NCBI GenBank assembly: GCA_030324005.1 | Contig: JARDVH010000073.1 | Location: forward strand, 42,822,770 to 42,886,732 | Length of the DNA stretch: 63,963 nucleotides | Reading direction: 5' to 3' | Source: Negaprion brevirostris | Lineage: Eukaryota | Part shown: positions 13,651 through 26,546 of the stretch, in pieces | Position numbering within the stretch: position 1 is the first letter of the stretch | How the letters are laid out: every line of letters begins with the position of its first letter | Made by a program: the position numbers and the translations under genes | Notes under the pieces: generated by a model | What the model was told of the DNA's origin: nothing | The model's database searches: none | Seen by the model: only the letters and a program-made list of their open reading frames with translations

Positions 13651-14599
13651 AGGTTGTGAACCACAATTAATGCCCATTTAAGGGCCACTGTTGACATTCA
13701 CATATGGTGGGAAAGGGAAACTCAACATGCAGAAAGCCCAAAAAAGGAACACTGCTGCTCACATGCTTCCTGGGATGGGGCCTTTTATGAGAGGCACTCA
13801 GTACCCGATGGAGGGATTTGTCATCAGGAAGGTGGAATGGGATGGGAGAGGAGGATGCTCCTGCCCTTCTTACTGACCACACCCCTCTCCCCCTACTCTT
13901 CTGACCCCTACTCCATAATTCCCCCTTGCGCTATCACTGGGCCCCTGAGCAACCCTGAGTGAATGCATTTCCAGCAGCAGCCACTCCCTCCTTGGTGGCG
14001 CTGCTGAGCAATAAGGAACTGCCAACTTCTGGCGAGCTGTTAGCTCTCGACAGGCAGGACTGCTGCCTCTTTGGGTGCTCGATCCCAGGGAAGGCCTGTT
14101 AATGCAGTGGGCTTCCCTAAAAAGTGGAGCCATGGGCTCTCACTAACTTTCCAGTTGGTAGCCTTGATGCCTGTCACTTACAATATACTCTACCCCTGGA
14201 CTATGTGACTGGGAGTCGATGCTTCATTGGAATAAACAATAGAATCCAGAAATTACTTCAACAAAAAGTTTTATGGTATTGTTTACATGAGTAATAATAT
14301 CATTGCATTAGAAATAGGATTAACAGATAATCACGCTGTGGATAGTCCCATCACACATTTAGTGCTTTGACCAATCTCTGCCCAGCAATCTTCAGAATCA
14401 CTTCTTGTTAACTAGGTCAGGGTTCAAAGTCCTTTAGAACCAAATACTTATCATTTCTTTCATACAGTTTCTGCCAAAAATGATTTCCCATCAACAAATC
14501 TACACCAAATTAATGTGGACTTTGAGAACTTCTCTTGAATTTGCCCAATCTGAAATTCACATGATCAGAACCAGAAGTGCAAGAAAACCAGGATGAAAA

Positions 14600-14902
14600 G
14601 TTTAAGTTTATTTATTAGTATCACAAGTAAGCTTATAGTAACACTGCAATGAAGTTACTGTGAAAATCCCCTAGTTGCCACACTCCAGCACTTATTCGGG
14701 TCCACTGAAGGAGAATTTAGCATGGCCAGTGCACCTAACCAACACACATTTGAGACTGTGGGAGGAAACTAGAGCAGCTGGAGGAAACCCATGCAGACAC
14801 AGGGAGAACATGCAGACTCCGCACAGACAGTGACGTAACCCAGGAATTGAACCTGAGTCTCTGGTGCTATGAGGTAGCAGTGTTATCCACTGTGCCATCA
14901 TG
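14600..14902 (-). mobile_element. HE1-like SINE (tail B)
   Basis: Full head, core and tail B in reverse orientation. Confidence 0.85.
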
Positions 14903-15467
14903 CAATGGGAAACAAGCAGAACTCGTTCGTTAAAGAACTGAATGTTTCCTAACTTATAGCCTGTACTAGAAAAGATAACATTTTGTCATGAAAAAACTTG
15001 CTGATTGATGAGCTACGCTTCTCACCTTTAGATTAGTGCAGGAGAGTGTGGAAGGAGCTGCAAAAGGATACCAAAACAAGATGTCAAGTTGGTGACAATA
15101 AAACACAGGTCAACATGCATATTAAACAGCAAAACATGATAAACAGTGTGAAGCGATACAACAAAAAAAGGATCAGATCTAAGGTCTGCAGTCCTGCCAC
15201 TCTCAGTCAGGAATGGTGGTAGATAATTCAACAACTAATGGGAGGAGGAAGTTCCACAAATATTCTCACCCTCAATCATGGGAGAGCCCAGCACACCATT
15301 GCAAAAGGCAAGGCTGAAATATTTACAACTATTTTCATCCCAAGGTGCCGAGTGGATGATCTGTTTTCAGTGCCTCCTGAGGGCCTCAGCATTACAGATG
15401 CCCATATTTACCCCATGTGAAATCAAGAAATAGCTGAATGCACTAAATACAGCAAAGGCTTGAAAAT

Positions 15468-15673
15468 AGTAGAAGTCTCACAACATCAAATTAAAATCCA
15501 ACAGGTTTATTTGGTAGCACAAGCTTTCAGAGTGTCGCTCCTTTTTCAGGTGAATCAAAGGAGCAACAGTCGGAAAGCGTGTGCTACTAAATAAACCTGT
15601 TGGACTTTAACCTGGTGTTGTGAGATTTCTTACTGTGTTTACCACAGTCCAATGCTGGCATCTCCACATCATG
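15468..15673. mobile_element. Fold-back Penelope-like terminal element (family B)
   Basis: About 80-bp inverted arms (agtctcacaacatc...ccaacaggtttatttggtagcacaagctttc / gaaagcgtgtgctactaaataaacctgttgg...gtgttgtgagattt) centred near 15553. Confidence 0.65.
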
Positions 15674-16089
15674 GCCCTGACAATATCCAGCCGCATCACT
15701 GGAGACTCGAACTGGCCATCACCCAAGGAAGCTATTTGTGTACAGCTATTATATACTTCATCTACCCAACAGTGGAAAATTACCCATGTTTGTCATGTCC
15801 AAGAAAGGCAGGATAAACTCAACCCACTGAATTGCCACCCCAACTGGCAACTCCCAATCCTCAGCAAAGTGATGGAAGATGTTATCAAGTGGCATTTACT
15901 CAACAATGACACACTTACTGATGCCAGTTCGGATTCTGCCAGGGCCATAGGCTACAAACCTCATTAGGTCCTTCGCCTAAATTTTGATANNNNNNNNNNN
16001 NNNNNNNNNNNNNNNNNNNNNNNNNNNNNNNNNNNNNNNNNNNNNNNNNNNNNNNNNNNNNNNNNNNNNNNNNNNNNNNNNNNNNNNNN

Positions 16090-16575
16090 CACAAAGGTCG
16101 ATAGAAGTTTCGGTCTCCTTATTAGTGAATGGATACACTGGCACTGGAGGGGCTGCAGAGGAGATTCACTAGGTTGATCCCGGACTTGAGAGGAGAGACT
16201 GAGTAGACTGGGACTGTATTTGCTGGAATTCAGAAGAATGAGGGGAGATCTTATAGAAACATATAAGGTTATGAAGGGAATAGGTAAGATAGAAGCAGGG
16301 AGGTTGTTTCCACAGATAGGTGAAACCAGAACTAGGGAGCTTGGCCTCAAAATAAGGGGAAGCAGATTTAGGACTGAGTTGAGGAGGGACTTCTTCACCC
16401 AAAGACTTGTGAATCTGTGGAATTCCCTGCCCAGTGAAACTGTTGACGCTACCTCGTTGAATGTTTTTAAGGGAAGGAGAGATAAATGTTTGAACAGGGA
16501 AGGAAAAAGGGTTATGGTGAGCAGGTAAGTGGAGCTGAGTGCAAGAAAAGATCAGCCATGATCTTCTGTTCTTAA
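16090..16575 (+). mobile_element. CR1 LINE 3' fragment
   Basis: LEFRRMRGDLIETYKVMKG...FFTQRLVNLWNSLP. Confidence 0.9.
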
Positions 16576-17080
16576 TCATCTCAGACCCAGAATATCTCTG
16601 CAGGAGTTCCTCAGAGTAGCGTCCTATGCCCAACATCTTCAGCTGCTTCATCAATGACCTTTTCTCTATCAGAAGGTCAATAGTGGGGATGTGTGCTGAT
16701 CATAACAATGTTCAGCACCATTCCAACTCCTCAAATACTGCAGCAGTCCATGACCACATGCATCAAGACCCTAACAACATTCAGGCTTGGGCAGATGCAT
16801 GGCAAGTAACATTCACACCACTGGGAATGATCATCTCCAACAAAAGTGAATTTAACTCTCTCCCATTAACATTCAATGGCATTATCATTGCTGAATCCCC
16901 ACTATCAACATTATGGAGGTCTCCATTGACCAGAAACTGAACTGAACCTGCCATATAAATACCATGGCTCCAAGACCATGTCAGAGGCAGGGAATTCTGA
17001 GGAGAGTAACTCAGCTCCTGACTCCTCAAAGCCTATCTACCATCTGCAAGACACAAGTCAGGAGTGTGACGGAATGTGAT

Positions 17081-17372
17081 GGGGGCACAGTGGCACAGTG
17101 GTTAGCAATGCTGCCTCACAGTGCCAGGGACCCGGGTTCAATTTCGGCCTTGACTGATTGTTTGTGTGAAGTTTGCGTGTTCTCCCCATGTCTACGTGGG
17201 TTTCCTCTGAATGCTCTGGTTTCCTTGCAGTCCAAAGATGTGCAAGTTAGGTGCATTGGCCATGCTAAATTAACAATTAGTGTCAGGAGAACTAGCAGGA
17301 TAAATGCGTGGGGTTACGGGGATAGGGCATGGGTGGGATGGTTGTTAATACGGGCTTGATGGGCTGAATGGT
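17081..17372 (+). mobile_element. HE1-like SINE (tail A)
   Basis: ggggcacagtggcacagtggttagc...gacccgggttcaatt head plus core. Confidence 0.85.
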
Positions 17373-17656
17373 CCAAACCCAAAACACCCTTCCAATAGCA
17401 TTGTGAATATGCTTGTCAGGGACAATTCGGATTGGATAATAAATGCTGGCCTAGCTGGTGACACTCACATCCCATGACTGAATTTTAAAAAATGATCATC
17501 TATTTCCATTGCAATTTCTCTCGTTTTTACCTATTCCACCACTATCATCATTGCTCCTCCAAACATTTGTTTCTTCATTCCTAGTTATATTTAAAGACAC
17601 CGACACATGCTCTTCCTCCTCCCTTAACCCCACTGTAGAATTCAAAACTCATCATT

Positions 17657-17956
17657 GGGTGGCACAGTGGGAAAGTGGTTAGCACCGCTACCTCACACCA
17701 CCAGGGACCCGGGTTTGATTCTTGGCTTGGGTCACAATGTGTGCGGAGTCTGCATGTTCTCCTAGTGTCTGTATGGGTTTCCTCCGGGTGCTTCAGTTTT
17801 CTCCCGCTGTGAAAGCCATGCTGGTTAGGTGCCTTGGCCATGTTAAATTCTCCCTCACTGAACCCAGACAGGTGCCAGAATGTAGCGACTACGGGATTTT
17901 CACAATAACTTCATTGCAGTGTTAATGTAAGCCTACTTGTGTCACTAATAAACTTA
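17657..17956 (+). mobile_element. HE1-like SINE (tail B)
   Basis: Head, core and tail ending gcctacttgtgtcactaataaactt. Confidence 0.85.
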
Positions 17957-19209
17957 TTGTCTTTTGCGCTATAGCTCATTTGTTCCCAGGACTGCAAACC
18001 TACAGAACCTTCCTTCCCTCTGTTAAACTTCAGACTTTTCTAACACTAAACCTATGTCACTGAACAATAATCATTGATTTATCTCAGCTTCTCTGTGACC
18101 TTTATCAACATTGGGCCTTAAGTGTTCAATAATAAAAGGAGACTAACTCAGAAAATTAGTATCTTGGATGGCATGCAAATGCAATAGCTATGTGGTGTTT
18201 GGCAATTTCCTCTATGGTTGTAAGCTTTTCCGATCAGAAAGCATCTTGCTGACCCTCAGAGTGTGCTGATAGGAAAATGGTATGACTGAGATTGATAACT
18301 CAACATTTGGCTTAAATTGTGACGATCGATCATGCCCCCATACTGCCTGGGATGCAAAGAAAATTGCAGGATGCGTTCAAACTGAAAGCATATGAAATAA
18401 ATTGACCATGTTACCAAAGCAGTGACTGCATGTCGATGTCATTGTCTCACTTCCATGGATGGCTCCCATACTCACACATGTGAGTAACTTGTCATTGTGC
18501 ATTATCATAAGTGTGATACATATGCTACCAGGTACCTTTCCAGCTGGAATTCAGATTGCTTCGTTGATGGACAAATCCACAAGAGGAAAATCTTGGATCG
18601 GTTTATGAATGCCTGTAGTACCCCAGAGATTGAGCTAAAGGCAGAAACCTAGCTGCCAGCTACCTTCTAGAGACCATACACTAATTATAGTGTTACGCTT
18701 TTTAAAAAAAATGTAATCTGCTTCGTTCTCTCTGAGGTGCAGGTGCAGGGAGCACAGTTCCACTGAAAGCAGTGCAACGAATACAATATTGACAGCACCC
18801 CAGAGAATACATGAACATTATATCTGTAGATTACTGCACCACTCCCCCCAACACTACCACACCCCCAACCTAGACAAACAAAGATTGGTGTCTGACTGCC
18901 CCCTCAGAAAGGGGACTGGATATGTTTGTTTTACAGTGAACCTTCATTTTCAATGAACCCATTAGTCCATGACATTGATCATATAGTCAATTATTAGCTG
19001 AGTCATCGTAGAATGTGCCCAGTCCTAGAAGATTAAAATAGCCGTCTTTTGCCTGATTGGCTGACTGCAACACTGGTGGGTCTACACAGAGAGGAGCATA
19101 GCTACACCAGAGGGAATTATTCATGCTATTAACAATGCTTGATCTCTGGTTAAGGACTGACAGAACTCATTTATTCACACACTATAAACCTCTTGAGTTG
19201 GTGTAAAAC

Positions 19210-19918
19210 TTTTCTCATCTGGCGGTGTACTGAATGACCTAATGGGCAGAGTGGCCAGAGCTTCAGTGAGAATCCTCCGTTGCTTCCTCTGTGGAAAATC
19301 TGCATTTAAGTGCAAGTCAGGCTCTTAAATGGCAGGTCTTCTCCAGGATCAATGTCCCCAGAGGCAGAAATCCCCCCAATCAGAGGCTGGCAGCTCCTCA
19401 TTGCCATCAGCACCATTGGGCAGGTGTCAGAGCTGCTGGCAATGCAGAGACCCAGGATCAGTAAGGATGGGCTAGGAGTTATGAGGTGGTTAAGGGATGG
19501 GAAAAAGTTCATGGTGAGTGCAGAGGGTCTCTGAGGGCACCCCCTTCCTGTCGCCAGGTCTCTTGATCACGCATTGAGTACGTGAAGGCCCCACCCCTTC
19601 CCCCACTCCTCCACACTCCGAAGGACTCAGCAAGAAAAAGTGACAGGGTTTTGCTGTATGTGCTCTGCACATGGTGGCTGACCAAGCTGATCGAATACTA
19701 GCAGCAATGAGATGAAGCCCTTAACTCAGTTTCAATTACCTGATGATGGACCTCGATTAGTGGCAGGTTGCGAAAGTCAACCACGAGTCTTCCCTCCCTG
19801 GAAGTAATCATGGCAGAGGTGGTAAGGCCAAAGGTTCCCCACCCTCAATTCCAAATAAGGGCCCCCCCCCCCACCACACCTCCAAGTTCACCTCAAGGAA
19901 GAACATTAAATTCTGCCC
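19210..19918. mobile_element. GC-rich Harbinger-like non-autonomous element ending in aaattctgccc
   Basis: The terminus at 19880-19918 is the reverse complement of another terminus starting at 20798 (gggcagaatttaatgtccttctccaaggtgaatttggagg). Confidence 0.5.
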
Positions 19919-20169
19919 AGTGAGATTTAAAATGTATTTTTCTGATAGACGGAAATTGTATTAATCCATCAGGAACAACGTAGTCGTCACTGGATATAAA
20001 TTGCTGCAGGATTTGAAACATAATTACTGTGCAGTTAGAGTAACAATTTTATCCTCACACCCAATAAAAGCATCATCTAAGGTGATGGCAGTCTGTTCAA
20101 TAGCATGGCTTTTTTCGTGTGCAAAGGTTTACACTGCAAAGCAGCTCATGTATCATAGTGTTTCATTCA

Positions 20170-20545
20170 TATAACAGAAATTCAGGACATCCTAAAGCAC
20201 GTTACTGACAATTAATTAATTTTTAAGTATCATTATTGTTGTAAAGTAGGAAATGCAACAGTGGTTCTGCACACAGCTGGGTACAACACAAATGGTCAGA
20301 TCATTTGTTTTAGTTTTGTTGCCTAAAGAATAAATATTGGTTACGATTTTCCTATTCCTCTTCCAAGTAGTGCTCTGGGATCTTTAATGTCAACTTGAGA
20401 AGGAGGACAGCAGAGTGAAAGATGGCACCTCCAATAGTGTGGCACTCCCTCAGCACTGCAGTGCTGTGTTAGCCGAAATTTTGTGTTTAAGTTCTGGACC
20501 CATGCCTTCTGATTAAGGGGCAAAAGTGCTACCAGTGAGTCATGG
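20170..20545 (-). mobile_element. Old Deu-domain SINE (SacSINE1/AmnSINE-related)
   Basis: gtgctctgggatctttaatgtcaacttgag...gaaagatggcacctccaatagtgtggcactccctcagcactgca resembles the recalled DeuSINE core; L2-like tail caggacatcctaaagcac. Confidence 0.65.
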
Positions 20546-21224
20546 TTAACAGCAAGATCAGACCTTTCAGACACTGCAGCACTTTACTGACCTCAGTTCT
20601 GGGTGCAAGCCATTCTCAAGAGTGGGAAAGTTCTGCATTAAGAATGTGGTACTCCATTGATCCACATGCAATTCAATTATTCACTGAAAATAATTGTACA
20701 GGATTGATTGGTATTAGATCCCCAAATTATTTTACAATTAATTTGAAATAACGAAACAGATTGACTTTTCCCAATCAAAAAAGCATTTTAACTCTCTGGG
20801 CAGAATTTAATGTCCTTCTCCAAGGTGAATTTGGAGGCATGGTTAGGTGAGGGGGGATTTAATCCAAACCCAGGGTACGGAACCTGTAGGCTTCCCACTC
20901 TGCCTCGCTTGTGATGTGCTAAGAAGCTAATCCATGCATGTTGCACTGCTACCACTGAGTGAAAAGAATTAATGGCTGAAGCAGGCCATTTCCCTCTCTG
21001 CAGTTGCTGCCTGATCTGCTGAGAGTTTCCTGTATATTCTGCTTTTATTTCTTTTTTAAATGTGTAAGTATGGGATTATTGATGGATCTTAACATGAAAG
21101 TTTTCTCTTTATAGTGTCCCTTGATGATGCTCTGAACAGCAACAAGAGTAATAGTTGGCCATGTTGATGGATTCTGTTGAGGAGATAACTCTCTAGCCAC
21201 AGTCACATGAAAGCAAATTGAAAA

Positions 21225-21291
21225 ATGATCAGCTTTTGCCTGCAGTCCATCACCGTGGCAACAGTCGTCTTTCTGTTGCTTACAACAGCAG
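21225..21291 (+). CDS. SHISAL1: SHISAL1 first coding exon (signal peptide MISFCLQSITVATVVFLLLTTA, phase-1 donor)
   Basis: ATG at 21225 in an aaaATG context, then 22 codons + 1 nt, then the donor GTAGGA at 21292. The peptide is hydrophobic and signal-like, and its length matches my recollection of the human N-terminus ([22 protein letters not shown]). The phase fits the next exon. The 5' UTR part may start at the acceptor ttttctctttatAG (21114) or ctctctAG (21196). Confidence 0.85.
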
Positions 21292-21644
21292 GTAGGAAGC
21301 TTAATGTGATTCATGAACGTGTGGTAATGTTTTTTAAAGGATAAGATGAGAGTTTAATGGACGGACAGGTGAAGGAGATAGAGAAGAGAGAGCTTCAACA
21401 TAGTTGTATAAATTATAATATCCACAAAATGTTAGAATTTCCACAATATCCAAGGAAGGGTTAATCAATTTTTTGATGATTGGGAATAAAAGAGGTGGGG
21501 GTAATATTTAAATATTAGCTGTAGCATTTTGAAGGTGTATTTATAAGAATAGGCATTAATAGGTTGGCGTTGAAGATCGTGACAAAGTGCCTCAGCATAA
21601 AAAGTCTTACTCTACAGCGTGGATAACTTCCTGAGGTTTCTCTT

Positions 21645-21900
21645 ATTCATTCATGAGATATGACCATCACTGGCTGGGCCAGCACTTACTGCTCATCCCT
21701 GAGGACATTTAAGGGTCAACCACATTGCTGTGGATCCAGCATCACACGAAGATCAGACCAGATAAGGATGACAGATTTCCTTCCCTAAAGGACATTAGTG
21801 AATCAAATTGGTTTTTATGACAATCAACAATGATTTCGTGGTCATCATTAGAAGTTTAATTCCAGATTTTTTATTGAATTCAAATTTCACCATCTGCCCA
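21645..21900 (-). mobile_element. LINE-derived 3' end / short element (second LINE family)
   Basis: ttattcattcatgagatatg...gccagcacttactgctcatccct...gacagatttccttccctaaaggacattagtgaa. Confidence 0.55.
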
Positions 21901-22904
21901 CTACCCCATTACCTCCCCTAGGGTGGAGCTCAATCTAATGCCTGCATTTGAAAAGAGGTGGAGAACAATCTATTGCTCCATAATGGGGAAGGGTTTGCCA
22001 TCAAGGACACTGTAGGCCTGGTGGAGGAAGTGCAGAGGATGATGGATACCATATGCAAGCAGAAGGGAAAGATACATCTTCCTTGCCCAAAATGCCATCA
22101 GATTTCTTTAATGAGTGTTAGCTAACATTTGAAATAGAATTCAGGTCCTAAGTGAACCTATGGGAGGCCATTCCTAGTGTGGGCCTCAACTCCTTAATTA
22201 TGATTGTGTCTTAACATCGGCTAACCTGGCCTTCCAAGCGCAGGAGCCCTTCGTGGACACCTTATAGGATTGTTAGCCACTGAAAGCACGTGCTGAAAAT
22301 TGTCCCCCTCATGCCTTTTATTTTAACAATGGATCATCTCATCAAATAGCGGCACTGCTTAAACGATTTCGTTTTTGTGGAGTCAGCTCTATGAAACGAG
22401 TACATCTGATCAGAGGGAGTATATTTCAATCATGGTATCACCTTGAGAAAGAGCTTGGGACCTCAGACAATTGTGCAGGAAGGAACAGGTGTTGCAACTA
22501 TTAGTGTTTGTGGAAAATGACAGGGAAGGACAGCTGGTGGTTGGGGTGATTGATGGAAGAAAGAAGAAGAATATCATTAAGGGAAACAATATCTGGACCA
22601 TGGAGGTGGTCTGATTATGTTGTGGATGCTGGGAATGACAGAAAGTGAAGGGATAAATATGTAGGTTAGTATGTGAGTAGGTGAGGACAAGTAGACCCTG
22701 TCATTGTGATGGGAAGGAAGGTTTCATGTCTAAGAATTCCATGACAAATTTCCCACAGAGAGAGATATGAGATAAAGCATTATTTTAAAGGTCATGTTTA
22801 AAAATACATCATATTTATGTTAGTTTTTTAAAGTTCTCCGATGATACATGGCAAGACGCTAATAATATTGTGTTATTTCCTCCAAGCTACACATAATCAT
22901 GAGA

Positions 22905-23545
22905 GGCTGAGTTAGGTTGTTTCCTGAGGGTAGGGCAATCCAAGACTAGAGGGCATAGGTTTAAGATAAGAGGGGAAAATTTACGAGAAACCTGAGGGGC
23001 AGTTTTTTCACACAAAGGGTGGTGCGTTTATAGAATGAGCTGCCAGAGGAGGTGGTAGTGGCAGGTACAGTTACAACATTTAAAAGACATTTAGACAGGT
23101 ACATGGATAAAGTTTATTTATTAGTGTCACAAGTAGGCTTACATAACACTGTAATGAAGTTACTGTGAAAATCCACTAGTTGCCACACCCCGGCGCCTGT
23201 TCAGGTACACTGAGGGAGAATTTAGCATGGCCAATGCACCTATCCAGCGCGTCTTTCAGATTGTGGGAGGAAACCAGAGCACTTGAGGAAAAACCCACTC
23301 AGATACAGGGGAAATGTGCAGACTCCACATAGACAGTGACCCAAGCCAGGAATCAAACTGTGACCCCTGGTGCTTTGAGGCAGCAGTGCTAACCCGTGTA
23401 CCACTGTGGCTAGGAAAGGTTTAGGAGCATATGGGCCAAACAAATACAGGCAAATGGAACTAGTTCAGTTTAGAAACCTGGTCGGCATGAGCAAGTTGAG
23501 CCAAAGGGCTTGTTTCCGTGCTGTGTATCTCTATATCTCTGACTC
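22905..23545 (+). mobile_element. CR1 LINE 3' fragment with a nested minus-strand SINE (tail B, 23108-23408)
   Basis: actagagggcataggtttaag...ttttttcacacaaagggtggtg; the CR1 sequence tacatggata|ggaaaggtt is split by the SINE. Confidence 0.85.
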
Positions 23546-23723
23546 TAATAAGAAATTGATTAGCTTGTCCTAGTAGTTGATAAACAAATCGTTTTATAGG
23601 AAACTACCAGGGATGGAGAACGGCAAACTGATCAATTATACGAATAACAGCCACAAACTATTAAAAGAATCTAGCATCACCTTAGCCTGCACCTAATTCT
23701 ATCCAGTCTTTTTCTTTCTTTAA

Positions 23724-24047
<324 letters not shown>

Positions 24048-24529
24048 GTAAGTACTGAAATTCCTGAGTCAGTTTCATAAGATCCTGATTCATGCAGTGC
24101 TTTGAATTATTAATGATAAGAACTCAATACTTTTACATGCAGGGGAGAGTACAAAAAAGTAAGTTGTGGGAAATTCAGCAGGATAGTCACAAAACGCAGC
24201 TTAATAAGATTGGAAAGGAGTGAAGGACAGTGTTGAAAGGCATCGGTTTATCGACAACCCTCCCCAATGCAATATAAATTTGGATTTCATTTTTATTTCA
24301 TGCTTGAAAAAAGGTTCAGCAGCTTTGGTCTCTGATCTGTGCTGACCGCTCTTTGGAAACAGGGAGCATAGGTTGTTGAAGGTCAGTAAAAAATTAGCCA
24401 GCTTTCCCATCCACAATATTTGGTCGAGATCAGCTGAGTTTGAATTAATGTCCCAATATTGAATGGCACTCACTGCCTGATCTCACAAACAACAAATGGG
24501 TAGTTAGGAAACAGCAGTCATTCATTGTG

Positions 24530-24830
24530 GAACTGTATAAAACCATACAGTGCAGTAGGCCCATCGAGCCTGCACCAATAACAATCCCACCCAGCTTCTA
24601 TTCCCATGACCCCACGTTCTTACCCTGCTAATCCCCAGATAGTAATGGTCAACTTATCATGGCCAGTTAACCTAACTCACACATCTTTGGACAATGGGAG
24701 GAAACTGGAGCACCCAGTAAATCCGCACAGGCACAGGAAGAACGTGCAAACTTCACACAGACAGTCACCCGGAGGCTGGAATTGACCCCGAGTCCCTGGC
24801 GCTGTGAAGTAGCAGTACTAACCACGGTCC
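24530..24830 (-). mobile_element. HE1-like SINE (tail A)
   Basis: Reverse complement of head, core and tail. Confidence 0.8.
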
Positions 24831-25254
24831 CAGCTTAAGTTGCAGTCTTTAGGAAAGAACATTGGGTCCAAATTTGAAAAATTGGGAAGTAATTTTGATT
24901 TACTTTTTTGATGACTGCAAACAAAATAATTGTACTAACCTCTTTTACATGCCCTAATGGACTGAGCAAGGCAAACATTTGCCACAATATCAGTTTTTCT
25001 TTTCAATTTATTTCCAGTTCAATTTTTAAAAAAAAATTAAACAATTATTGACTGCTTTATTATTTTTTAACACCCTAAACATATTCATTTATGTTGCTCT
25101 CCCGCTCCCAAAAGGCCATTCCACTGATAATATCCTGCAATGAATCTGAGTTATTTTGTTTATTTAATCCATTATGTAATTTAAATGAAAATGAAAGGGT
25201 TATGTTGTTCCAACCAAATGAGTGGTACTTTTCAAGATTTGAGATTTGGATTGG

Positions 25255-25405
25255 AACTATTGAATCTCTACAGTGCAGAAAGAGGCCATTTGGCCCATTC
25301 AGTCTGCGCCAACTCTTCAACACAGCATCCCGGGCTCTCCTCTCCTCTATCCCCACACATTTACCATGGCTAATTCATCTAACCCACACACCTTTAGATA
25401 CTAAA
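25255..25405 (-). mobile_element. SINE 3' fragment (tail A)
   Basis: gaatctctacagtgcagaaagaggccatttggccc. Confidence 0.7.
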
Positions 25406-26546
25406 AAATTCATGAAAGTTGTTGGGGGTGGCTGCGAAAGAAGCTCAACAATTGAGCTTGAACATTCGGATACTCAAGATGTCGGCTGAATCGACACCCA
25501 AGAGATTTGAACGTCACACATGTCACTGATGTGTGAAGCCAGAGCATTTAGCTGCAGAATACTAGTTCAATGAAGCTGTGGCAAAATAGATCACATAGAG
25601 CGTGTCTGCTGGAAGAAAAAGCAAACTACAGAAAAATGTAAGAAGACGCAAGAGCAAATCAAAGCAGCATGTAAACAGAATAAAAGAGGAAGCGTTCATG
25701 CTGTGTAAGAGTGACAAGAGAAACTAAACAACTCACAGTCTGAGGATGAATTATTACTGAATGTGCTATGGATTGCTGGTGCTCTGAATAGATACTGCAT
25801 CACTCCTCTGCTAGATTGACAGCTTGTAAGGATGGAAGTGGACACCAGGGCAGCAGTCTCACTGGTGCCGGAGACTGTACGTAAAGAAAAACTCAGATAT
25901 TCTCTTGAAAGCTTTAAGAAGAGTGTTGAAGACATATACAGGTGAACTTCTTCCACTGAAGAGCCGTATTGACATAGCTTTGCAAATTAACAGACAAACA
26001 GCAGATTTGTTTTAACATGTAGTAAGGGGAAGTTATCCAACACTGATAGGTGGAGCATGGTAAGAAAAAATTCAACTGAACTGGGCTGAAGTCAACTTGA
26101 TGACTAATGTAGAATCAGGCCTTATATACATTCTAAAAAACAACATGGTGTTTGGTGGAGAACTGGAGAGTATGAAAGATATCACAGTTCAATTGAAGAT
26201 CAAAGAAGGCAGTTAAGCAAAATACTTGAAGGCAAGATTGGTATCCTAAGCTATCAGGCCAAAATTGAAGGCTGACTTGGAATAACTTGTGAAGATTGGA
26301 GTCTTGGAATCTGTCAGCATTAGTGAATGGGCTACACCAATAGTACCAGTCATCAAAAAGAATGGATCCATACTGATTTGTGGAGACTTCAAAGTCATAC
26401 TTAATCCAATGTTGTGTGTGGAACAGTACCCACTACCCCACATTGGTGACCTGTTCACAGGGAATTGGCAGGAGGCCACTATTTTAGCCAAATCAACCTG
26501 AGCCAGGCATACTTACAGCTGAATGTAGACCACAAGTCACATGAAC

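Larger units (their letters stand above)
15100..17485 (+). mobile_element. Decayed CR1/L2-group LINE (second family) with nested insertions
   Basis: RT remnants AKAMGPDNI, QDKLNPLNCHP...ILSKVME, GVPQSSVLCPNIFSCFINDL, ADHN, IQAWADAWQVTF and a 3' end. It is interrupted by a fold-back element (15468-15673), a CR1 (16090-16575) and a SINE (17081-17372). Confidence 0.75.
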
